13,584 bases of DNA from Candidatus Omnitrophota bacterium (GTDB taxonomy: Bacteria; Omnitrophota; Gorgyraeia; Duberdicusellales; 4484-171). Made by a program: the position numbers and the translations under genes. The notes beneath the pieces are model-generated. The model ran no database searches, was not told the DNA's origin, and was given only the letters and a program-made list of their open reading frames with translations. The stretch is taken from positions 1 to 13,584 of the forward strand of contig JAIPHU010000020.1 of the NCBI GenBank assembly GCA_021735045.1, in the 5' to 3' direction. Within the stretch, counting starts at the first letter, position 1; every line of letters starts with the position of its first letter. Positions 1 through 6,309 of the stretch are shown one piece after another.

Positions 1-113
1 TTCTAAAGTCCTAATGCAACAAAATAGGTTCAAACAAAAATGTTGCATAGTGGAAAAACATTGCGTGAGACTTTTGACTTTGGACATTGGACTTTGGACG
101 TTGGACTTTTTTT
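1..113. repeat. Composite intergenic element. Left heptads (TTCTA)AAGTCCT at 1-12; an 8-bp hairpin ATGCAACA/TGTTGCAT (14-21 / 41-48); six tandem heptads GACNTTK at 69-110; a T7 run at 107-113. Possibly a terminator-like structure for a gene upstream of the window.
   Basis: Read directly. The heptads are GACTTTT GACTTTG GACATTG GACTTTG GACGTTG GACTTTT. TGGACTT matches the reverse complement of AAGTCCT at 6 of 7 positions. The left arm is cut by the window edge. Confidence 0.5.
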
Positions 114-124
114 CTTCCCGCCTC

Positions 125-152
125 TTGCCATTCAGCTAACCTATGATAGAAT
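125..152 (+). promoter_or_regulatory. Sigma-70-like promoter: -35 TTGCCA (125-130), 16-nt spacer, extended -10 TGaTAGAAT (144-152).
   Basis: Hexamers and spacing read from the sequence. It lies about 25 nt upstream of the AGGAGG RBS (167-172) and the ATG at 177. Confidence 0.45.
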
Positions 153-176
153 ATCTATAAATAAATAGGAGGATGT

Positions 177-1019
177 ATGAGTTGTGAAGAGATAAAAAAA
201 TTGCTCACTAAATATGTCCAGCATACAGCAGATGAAGAAGAAATAAAAAAAGTTGAAGAGCATCTGTGTGTTTGCCATGATTGCCGTAGTTCATTAGGTA
301 AGCTTATGGATAAGTTAGATGCATCAGGTGATTCTGGGGTATCAAAAGATGAAGATAAAGAAGAAAAAAAAGAAGATGATTTTGAAATTATACCCTCGGG
401 GCCATCGCCTGAAGAAAATTTAGAAAAGACTCAAGAAGATCAGCTAAAAGAAAAAAAAGAAGACAAGCAAGAGCCTGAAGAAGCAAAACAAGCTGATCTA
501 GAGCCCAAAGAATCTGAAGAAAAAAAAGAACTTAAAGAAGATAATCAGTCAGAGGTTACAGAGTCTAAAGAAAAAAATAAAGAACAAAAAGAAGGCAAAA
601 GCAAAGAAGATATAGAGTATTTTCCAGCTGAAGATATAAAGACATTTTCGGAGAAAAAACCTGATTTTAATGAGCAGGAGGATGAAACTTCTGAAAATAA
701 AGAGGAAGATGTCCAGAAAGGCCAAAATTCAGAATCGTTTGAAAATGACTCTTCAACGGATTCAGACCTAGAATCTTCTTTGGATAATCAGCCTGATAAA
801 AAAGTTGGTCAAAGTAAAGAGTTAGGAGATGAGTCAGGAACTAGCCAAGATAAATCTGAACCAGCTTTTGAGACCAAAGAAAAAGAAGCAGCTGCAATAC
901 GTCGGGACAGTAAAGATATTCCATCTTTAGAAGAAGGCCCGGGGATGGTTGGATATATTGCAGTAAGTATAGGCGTTTTGGTGTTAGGCGTTTTAATTTT
1001 TCTTCTGATGCAAGGTTAA
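177..1019 (+). CDS. zf-HC2 (ZAS-type) anti-sigma-factor-like protein with a roughly 200-aa acidic/lysine-rich low-complexity linker and a C-terminal tail-anchor TM helix.
   Basis: HxxxCxxC motif as HLCVCHDC at aa 29-36 (nt 261-284). The C-terminal hydrophobic stretch MVGYIAVSIGVLVLGVLIFLLMQG forms the last 24 aa. AGGAGG sits 4 nt upstream of the ATG. Confidence 0.65.
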   Translation: MSCEEIKKLLTKYVQHTADEEEIKKVEEHLCVCHDCRSSLGKLMDKLDASGDSGVSKDEDKEEKKEDDFEIIPSGPSPEENLEKTQEDQLKEKKEDKQEPEEAKQADLEPKESEEKKELKEDNQSEVTESKEKNKEQKEGKSKEDIEYFPAEDIKTFSEKKPDFNEQEDETSENKEEDVQKGQNSESFENDSSTDSDLESSLDNQPDKKVGQSKELGDESGTSQDKSEPAFETKEKEAAAIRRDSKDIPSLEEGPGMVGYIAVSIGVLVLGVLIFLLMQG

Positions 1020-1023
1020 AGTT

Positions 1024-1767
1024 TTGCTAACTTTTATATATTTTTCGCTTATTCAAGGATTAAGTGAGTTTCTTCCGATCAGTAGTTCTGGCCATCTTTT
1101 TATTTTTAAAAATATTTTTTCGTTTCAAGAGGATCTTTTATCTTTTTTTGTTTTTCTTCATATTGCAACTTTAGCTGCAGTTTTAGTTTTTTTTTATAAA
1201 GATATTTTTGCTGCATTGAAAAATAAAAAAATAGTCGCTTATTTAATAGTGGCGACAGCAATTACTGCTTTATTGGGTTTAATTATTGATAAAACTTTAA
1301 GCCATTATTTTAGCAGTAATCATTTTATTTTCATTTTTCTTTTTATTAACGGTCTTATACTTTTGACAGCTCGAAATCTAAAAGGTAATAGGGAGTTGTC
1401 AGAACTATCAATTAAGGATGCGCTTTTTTTAGGTGTCTTGCAGGGTTTTTCTTTTTTTCCGGGGGTATCCCGTTCAGGGATAACTATTATCGGCCTTTTA
1501 GCCAGAAGATTTAAGCCGAAAACTGCTTTCAGCTTATCTTTTATAATGTCAGTTTTTCCTATTGCAGGAACTTTTTTATTTAAGGTAAGTAGTTTAACTA
1601 CTCTTAAGTTGAGTCCGTTAATTTTAATAGTATCTTTTTTAGTTACTTTTGTGGTGGGGATTTTTTCTTTATTTTTGGTTAAAAGAGCTTTGATTATGAA
1701 AAAGTTTATTTATTTTGGATATTATTGTATAATATTATCGGTTGGAGGATTCTTATTTATCAATTGA
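1024..1767 (+). CDS. uppP: Undecaprenyl-diphosphate phosphatase (UppP/BacA family), with a TTG start.
   Basis: Signature motifs SEFLPISSSGHL and PGVSRSGITI. Polytopic hydrophobic protein of about 247 aa. Starts 4 nt after the upstream stop. Confidence 0.9.
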   Translation: MLTFIYFSLIQGLSEFLPISSSGHLFIFKNIFSFQEDLLSFFVFLHIATLAAVLVFFYKDIFAALKNKKIVAYLIVATAITALLGLIIDKTLSHYFSSNHFIFIFLFINGLILLTARNLKGNRELSELSIKDALFLGVLQGFSFFPGVSRSGITIIGLLARRFKPKTAFSLSFIMSVFPIAGTFLFKVSSLTTLKLSPLILIVSFLVTFVVGIFSLFLVKRALIMKKFIYFGYYCIILSVGGFLFIN

Positions 1768-1778
1768 AATGGTGAATA

Positions 1779-1855
1779 TTTAGCAGAGCGCGGAGCGCAA
1801 AGCGCTTAGCGTTAGTTTTTTACGCTATGCGCCATGCTCTTTGCACTATGCTAAA
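1779..1855. repeat. GC-rich imperfect 77-nt palindrome (long hairpin, 11-nt loop at 1812-1822). Both arms are 7-nt periodic: AGCGC at 1787/1794/1801 with variant AGCGT at 1808, and TGC at 1828/1835/1842/1849.
   Basis: Base-by-base pairing of 1781-1811 with 1823-1853 needs no indels and has about 7 mismatches or wobbles in about 31 positions. The GC content stands out from the AT-rich surroundings. There is no 3' U-tract on the + strand. Confidence 0.6.
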
Positions 1856-1883
1856 AAACCAGTTAACTAAACGGGAGGGAAAC

Positions 1884-2117
1884 ATGCCTTATAATCCAGA
1901 TTTAGACAAAGAACTATTTGCAAAAGCCTGGGAAGGAGATGGGACAAGGATTAGAGTAAGAGTATTTTCTTACAATCAAGGGGCTAAAAAAGTTCAGATT
2001 ACCAGAGAAAACAAAGACAACGAAGATAATTTTCGTTTTACTAAATTAGGCCGTTTGACCAAAGAAGAGGTAGAAGGGATTCTGCCATTTATGAAAGAAG
2101 CTGTAGAACAGATGTAG
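1884..2117 (+). CDS. Small (77 aa) PC4/YdbC-like putative ssDNA-binding protein. I prefer the start at 1884 over the track start at 1827.
   Basis: GGGAGGG lies 5 nt upstream of the ATG at 1884. The pattern IRVRVFSYNQGAKKVQITRE...FTKLGRLTKEEVEGILPFMKEA resembles bacterial PC4-fold YdbC proteins (beta-sheet repeat followed by a C-terminal helix). The 1827-1883 extension overlaps the GC-rich palindrome. Confidence 0.45.
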   Translation: MPYNPDLDKELFAKAWEGDGTRIRVRVFSYNQGAKKVQITRENKDNEDNFRFTKLGRLTKEEVEGILPFMKEAVEQM

Positions 2118-2129
2118 TTTATATTTGTC

Positions 2130-2426
2130 ATGAATCAGCAACCAGATAAACCAGACAAACCAGACATAGAGGCAGAAATAAAAAGATCACGGAAAAAGAA
2201 AGCGGATAAGTTAAAAAGACTTAATGATTTTAGCACCGAATATAATGTCGATAAGTTGTTAGAAGATTTAGATGTCTACTTCGAAGGAGAGGTTGATTTT
2301 AATTTAGGCAAGATCAAAGAAGAGGTTCAAAAACAAGGTAAATTAGAAGAGCTTATTGACCAGGCAGCTAAAAAACAAACCCATCCTGTTGTTGAATTTA
2401 TTCAACAAATATTAAAAGATTTATGA
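2130..2426 (+). CDS. Hypothetical charged protein (98 aa) with an N-terminal PDKPDKPD repeat.
   Basis: Only the ORF supports this call. It lies 12 nt downstream of the previous gene, has no clear SD, and I recognise no family. Confidence 0.4.
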   Translation: MNQQPDKPDKPDIEAEIKRSRKKKADKLKRLNDFSTEYNVDKLLEDLDVYFEGEVDFNLGKIKEEVQKQGKLEELIDQAAKKQTHPVVEFIQQILKDL

Positions 2427-2867
2427 GGAAAGCTTTTCTTTAACGATTTTGCTTATTTGTTTAGGATCAGCTTGGGCTCCGATCTTACTTAAAACTTCTT
2501 TCATGACCCTTCCCATATCAGAAGGTGAAGAAGCTTGTAGCTTTGAGATAATATTGTTAGTAGTTTCTTCTACTTTTTCCGGGCTTAGCTGTTTAGGTAA
2601 GTATTTAGATAATATTTCAAGTTCAGTTTCGAGATCTTTTTGGATATCTTCTCTTTTGGTGGCCTTGCTTGATTCTTTTGCTTCTTTGAGCTTTTTTTCC
2701 TGTCTCTTTAAAACTTTTAAAACTTCTGAATCCTTTAATTTTTCTTGCTTTTTCTCTTTAGCTTGATTTGCTAGTTCTGAACGAATATAACCTAAAAATT
2801 GTGATCTTTTTTGGTTTTTTTCTTTTCGGGCCAAAATATAATCTTTATAAATCTGGTCAAAAATCAT
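2421..2867 (-). CDS. yqeY: GatB/YqeY-domain protein.
   Basis: Matches Bacillus YqeY along its whole length, e.g. ILSKYLPKQLSPEKVEETTNNIISKL...SSPSDMGRVMKEVLSKIGAQADPKQISKIVKEKLS versus the YqeY pattern LEVYLPEQLSEEEL...[31 protein letters not shown]. Confidence 0.85.
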   Translation of the reverse strand: MIFDQIYKDYILARKEKNQKRSQFLGYIRSELANQAKEKKQEKLKDSEVLKVLKRQEKKLKEAKESSKATKREDIQKDLETELEILSKYLPKQLSPEKVEETTNNIISKLQASSPSDMGRVMKEVLSKIGAQADPKQISKIVKEKLSS

Positions 2868-2873
2868 AAGATA

Positions 2874-2901
2874 ATTTTAACATAATTACTGGTTCTCGCA
2901 A
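2874..2901 (-). promoter_or_regulatory. Promoter for yqeY, read on the - strand: -35 TTGCGA (2896-2901), 16-nt spacer, extended -10 TGtTAAAAT (2874-2882). The ATG begins 7 nt after the -10 hexamer, so the mRNA is probably leaderless.
   Basis: The reverse complement reads TTGCGAgaaccagtaattaTGtTAAAATtatcttATG. There is no SD. Confidence 0.45.
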
Positions 2902-2946
2902 GGGATTATTGGTTTAACTGATTTGCTTTTTTAGAGGAAAAAGATA

Positions 2947-2955
2947 TGGTATAAT
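2947..2955 (+). promoter_or_regulatory. Extended -10 promoter element TGgTATAAT upstream of the 1095-aa ORF.
   Basis: TG at 2947-2948 and TATAAT at 2950-2955. The predicted leader of about 27 nt before the ATG at 2989 has no SD. Confidence 0.4.
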
Positions 2956-2988
2956 TGTTAGGTAAATTATCGAATACAATAAATAATT

Positions 2989-5900
2989 ATGGTTATATTA
3001 ATAGCAGGATTAACTTTAGTTTCAATTATTTTGGTGGTCTATTCTTTGGCTGATTCCAGCCCAAAAGATCTACCAAAAAAACAAAAAAGGATGTCAAAAT
3101 CTTCACTTTATCAAAAAGTTAATTCTCTTGAAGATAAGGTAAAGAGTTTAAGAGAGCAGAGGCACCAGCTAAAGATAAATCAGGAAGACGGGAATAAATT
3201 AAGAAAAGAAAACAATGTTTTAAAGAAGGAAGTAGAGAAAGTTAAAGCGGAAAATGATGAATTTTACAAAAAAGTAGAAAGAAACCAAAAATGGCTTAAA
3301 AACCAAGAAGAAATGATTAAGAAAGAGCAACAACCTAAGGTAAATCTAGAAGAAAAAATAAAAGAAAAAGACAAAAGGCTAGAAGAGGAGTTTTCTAAAA
3401 ATGTAAAATTTGAGAAAAAGCTCCAACAACTTGAAAAGGAAAATCAAGAGCTACAAGGAAAAATACAGCATAACGACGAGCAGATAAAAGGACTTAGCTT
3501 AGATCTTGAGGCAGAAAGGAAAAAGCTAAAGGAAAAGGGTGAATTAGCTCAAGAGTATGCAAATCAAGTAACAAAAATGAAGGAGGAGCAGAAGCAAAGC
3601 GGATGGGTCTCAAAGCAAGAGCATTCAGAACTAAAAGAAAAATACAATGAGTTGGCCAAAAAAATAGAATTGAAAGAAAAAGAAATAAAAATTAAAGAGG
3701 AAAAGGTCATAGATCTGGATAAAGAAAGGATAAAGTTACTTCATCGATTGAGAGGAGAAGAAAGAGAGGAAGAAAAGAAGGATAATGGTTTAAAGTCAAA
3801 GGATAAAGGGGAAGGAGAAAAGCAACCGGAAGAAGAAGAAAAAACTCCAACCACGAAAATGCAGAAGGAACCTGAGAAGGAACAAGAAGGGGAAACTGAA
3901 GAGTCAAAAGAGGAGAAGGGAGAGAAATCCGAAGAAGATAGAGAGAAGCCAAAAGCAGAGATGGAGAAAAAGGATAAAGAGAATGAAGAGGAAGAAAAGA
4001 AAAAAAAGGTAGAAAAAGAAAAGGAAACTCTTGAGGAAGAGGAAAAAAGAGGAGAGGAGTCAAAAGAGGAGAAGGGAGAGAAATCCGAAATACGAAATGG
4101 GAAATCTAAAAAAGAAGAAGAAACAAAGAAAAAGTCAGATAAAAAAATAGCCAAACAAAAAAAAGAGGATGAGGAAAAGCCTGAGAGAAAGTACCAGTTA
4201 GAGAGCATCAGAAATATTGGAGTTATGGCCCATATTGATGCCGGTAAAACTACTCTTACCGAACGTATTCTTTTTTATACCGGGCGCTCTCATAAAATTG
4301 GCGAGGTCCATGACGGTAAAGCGGTAATGGACTGGATGAAACAAGAACAAGAAAGAGGTATAACTATAACTTCAGCGGCAACTACTTGTAGTTGGCTGGA
4401 TCACAGAATAAATATAATCGATACTCCTGGCCACGTTGATTTTACTGCTGAAGTTGAACGTTCTCTACGAGTTCTAGATGGCGCAGTCTCAGTTTTTTGT
4501 GCAGTAGGCGGGGTTGAGCCTCAAGCAGAAAAGGTTTGGCATTTTGCCGAGAAATTTAAAGTCCCTAAACTTGCTTTTGTAAATAAGATGGACAGAATGG
4601 GAGCTGATTTTTATGCTGTAGTCGAACAGATGAAAAAGCAATTGGGGGCAAAACCAATCTTAATGCAAGTTCCTATAGGTAAGGAAGATAATTTTAATGG
4701 GGTTATTGATTTAATTAAGATGAAAGCCTATTATTATCAAGATGAGCTAAAAAAAGATAATTTCCAAATAAAAGATATACCGGGCGATTTAGAAAAAGAG
4801 GCTAAACAAGGAAGAAAGCATTTATTAGAAGAGGTGGCTTCAGGCAGTAGTCAGCTTATGGATAAATACCTAAACTCTCCTGATTCGATAGACGAAACAG
4901 AGTTGAAAGAAGCTATTCGCGAAAGTACGATTGCCTGTAAGCTTGTACCGATTTTCTGTGGAACTGCTTTAAAGAACAGAGGAGTTCAACTATTGCTAGA
5001 TGGAGTAGTTGATTACCTGCCTTCTCCGGTTGATTTGCCGTCAGTGGAGGGAACTTTACCCGGTGATCAAGAAAAAGTAGTAAAGAGAAAAATATCTGAC
5101 AGTGAATCATTTTCGGCATTAGCTTTTAAAGTTCAGACTGATAAACATATTGGCAAGTTAGTTTATATTCGTGTTTATTCAGGGGTTTTAAAAAAAGGAA
5201 CTTATATCTATAATGTAACTAAAGACAAGAAAGAAAGGGTTTCCCGAATTTTACAGATGCACGCTAATCAAAGAGAAGCCCGCCAAGCTATATTTACTGG
5301 AGATATTGCTGCTGTGGTTGGCTTAAGTGATAGTTTAACCGGGGACACCCTAACTAATTTAGAAGACCCAATAGTTTTAGAGTCGATAGAATTTTCTGAG
5401 CCGGTAGTTTCAATAAGCGTTAAACCAAAAAGTCGTTCTGATCAAGATAAACTGTCAAAAGCTTTAGCAAAGCTTTCTAATGAAGACCCTACTTTTAAGG
5501 CTTTTACCAATCGAGAAACATCGGAAACTATTCTTTCTGGAATGGGAGAGCTTCATCTAGATATTATTGTTGGCCGGTTGAAAGAGGAGTTTGGAGTAGG
5601 GGTTGAGGTTGGTGAACCTAAGGTAGCCTATCGAGAAACTATTTCAGCTGAGACTAAACAAGAATATAAGCATGTTAAGCAATCGGGGGGCCGGGGCCAA
5701 TACGCTCATGTTGTTTTTAATCTTTCTCCTAATGAAAAAGGCAAAGGGTTTGATTTTACTAACAGCATTAAAGGTGGAGCGATCCCTTCTGGATTTATTC
5801 CAGCAGTAGAAAAAGGTATTATTGAAGCTATTGGTGAAGGTGTTTATGCAGGGTTTCCGGTAGTTGATGTTAAAGTAGATTTAGTTGATGGTTCTTTTCA

Positions 5901-6276
5901 TGAAGTAGATTCGTCAGAGATGGCTTTTAAAATTGCAGCTCGGCAATGTTTTAAACAGGCTTTTATGAATTGTAAGCCATCCTTGCTTGAGCCAATCATG
6001 GATTTAGAAGTAATTACCCCTGAGGATTATGTAAGTAATATTGTTAGCTATATATCTTCGAAACGAGGCAATGTTTTGGGGATTGAGCCAAAAGGTAAAC
6101 AAAAGATAGTTCAGTCTGAGGTGCCTTTATCGGAAATGTTTGGCTATGTTACTGATTTAAGATCGCTTACCAACGGCCGGGCCAATTGTTCGATGCAACT
6201 TAAAAAATACGCTGCAGTTCCTGAAAAAATTGCCAAGCAAGTTATTGAGGCAAAGAATCAAGAAAAAGAAGAATAG
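2989..6276 (+). CDS. Elongation factor G (full five-domain EF-G, aa ~402-1095) fused in frame to an N-terminal TM helix (aa 1-21), a coiled coil (aa ~36-262) and a K/E-rich disordered spacer (aa ~262-400).
   Basis: EF-G hallmarks are present: G1 [10 protein letters not shown]2 RGITI, G3 DTPGHVDF, G4 [16 protein letters not shown], the domain IV loop [18 protein letters not shown] and the C-terminal [19 protein letters not shown]. The N-terminus [21 protein letters not shown] is followed by KDLPKKQKR. There is no in-frame ATG, GTG or TTG between 3964 and the P-loop. Confidence 0.85.
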   Translation: MVILIAGLTLVSIILVVYSLADSSPKDLPKKQKRMSKSSLYQKVNSLEDKVKSLREQRHQLKINQEDGNKLRKENNVLKKEVEKVKAENDEFYKKVERNQKWLKNQEEMIKKEQQPKVNLEEKIKEKDKRLEEEFSKNVKFEKKLQQLEKENQELQGKIQHNDEQIKGLSLDLEAERKKLKEKGELAQEYANQVTKMKEEQKQSGWVSKQEHSELKEKYNELAKKIELKEKEIKIKEEKVIDLDKERIKLLHRLRGEEREEEKKDNGLKSKDKGEGEKQPEEEEKTPTTKMQKEPEKEQEGETEESKEEKGEKSEEDREKPKAEMEKKDKENEEEEKKKKVEKEKETLEEEEKRGEESKEEKGEKSEIRNGKSKKEEETKKKSDKKIAKQKKEDEEKPERKYQLESIRNIGVMAHIDAGKTTLTERILFYTGRSHKIGEVHDGKAVMDWMKQEQERGITITSAATTCSWLDHRINIIDTPGHVDFTAEVERSLRVLDGAVSVFCAVGGVEPQAEKVWHFAEKFKVPKLAFVNKMDRMGADFYAVVEQMKKQLGAKPILMQVPIGKEDNFNGVIDLIKMKAYYYQDELKKDNFQIKDIPGDLEKEAKQGRKHLLEEVASGSSQLMDKYLNSPDSIDETELKEAIRESTIACKLVPIFCGTALKNRGVQLLLDGVVDYLPSPVDLPSVEGTLPGDQEKVVKRKISDSESFSALAFKVQTDKHIGKLVYIRVYSGVLKKGTYIYNVTKDKKERVSRILQMHANQREARQAIFTGDIAAVVGLSDSLTGDTLTNLEDPIVLESIEFSEPVVSISVKPKSRSDQDKLSKALAKLSNEDPTFKAFTNRETSETILSGMGELHLDIIVGRLKEEFGVGVEVGEPKVAYRETISAETKQEYKHVKQSGGRGQYAHVVFNLSPNEKGKGFDFTNSIKGGAIPSGFIPAVEKGIIEAIGEGVYAGFPVVDVKVDLVDGSFHEVDSSEMAFKIAARQCFKQAFMNCKPSLLEPIMDLEVITPEDYVSNIVSYISSKRGNVLGIEPKGKQKIVQSEVPLSEMFGYVTDLRSLTNGRANCSMQLKKYAAVPEKIAKQVIEAKNQEKEE
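3901..4089 (+). repeat. Perfect 33-nt in-frame direct repeat GAGTCAAAAGAGGAGAAGGGAGAGAAATCCGAA (3901-3933 and 4057-4089) inside the K/E-rich spacer. Each copy encodes [11 protein letters not shown].
   Basis: Identical strings read at both positions, offset by 156 nt (52 codons). Confidence 0.9.
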
Positions 6277-6292
6277 AAAATTCTATATATTG

Positions 6293-6301
6293 TGCTATAA
6301 T
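6293..6301 (+). promoter_or_regulatory. Extended -10 promoter TGcTATAAT. The ATG at 6310 lies 8 nt after the hexamer, so the mRNA is probably leaderless or nearly so.
   Basis: The sequence reads TGTGCTATAATataatattATG. There is no SD between the -10 and the start codon. Confidence 0.45.
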
Positions 6302-6309
6302 ATAATATT

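Noticed and set aside
73-106. The four GGA motifs at 7-nt spacing as a CsrA/RsmA-titrating sRNA.
   Set aside because: The GGA motifs in known Csr/Rsm sRNAs sit in hairpin loops with wider spacing. The other heptad arrays in the window use unrelated cores (AGCGC, CAA/TTG), so the GGA content is probably incidental to the repeat unit.
364-527. Multiple A8 homopolymer runs in the coding sequence (364-371, 451-458, 520-527, and also 4000-4007 and 4157-4164) as phase-variation switches.
   Set aside because: They are the expected result of Lys/Glu-rich coding (AAA/GAA) in an AT-rich genome. All are in frame here, and a single sequence gives no evidence of length heterogeneity.
1827-1883. The N-terminal extension (MRHALCTMLKNQLTKREGN) of the PC4-like ORF given in the track.
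   Set aside because: The extension is encoded by the right arm of the GC-rich palindrome and has no RBS. The ATG at 1884 has GGGAGGG at ideal spacing.
2449-2766. A 105-aa plus-strand ORF inside yqeY.
   Set aside because: It is antisense to a gene with clear full-length YqeY homology. Its product is hydrophobic low complexity, and it has no RBS.
3707-4208. Two long minus-strand ORFs (3707-4063 and 3741-4208) antisense to the EF-G fusion.
   Set aside because: They lie in the purine-rich K/E-coding spacer, whose complement is pyrimidine-rich and nearly free of stop codons. Their products are S/F/L/P low-complexity strings with no start context. They are compositional artefacts.
4913-5119. A 68-aa minus-strand ORF inside the EF-G domains.
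   Set aside because: It is antisense to strongly conserved EF-G coding sequence and has no recognisable features.
2989-6276. The possibility that the EF-G-like region is a Tet(M)/Tet(O)-type ribosomal protection protein or another trGTPase (LepA, BipA, RF3).
   Set aside because: The length of the GTPase part (about 695 aa), the [12 protein letters not shown] segment, the domain IV loop [18 protein letters not shown] and the C-terminal LSEMFGY...GRA motif are EF-G signatures, not those of the shorter paralogues. It could still be an EF-G2-type paralogue.
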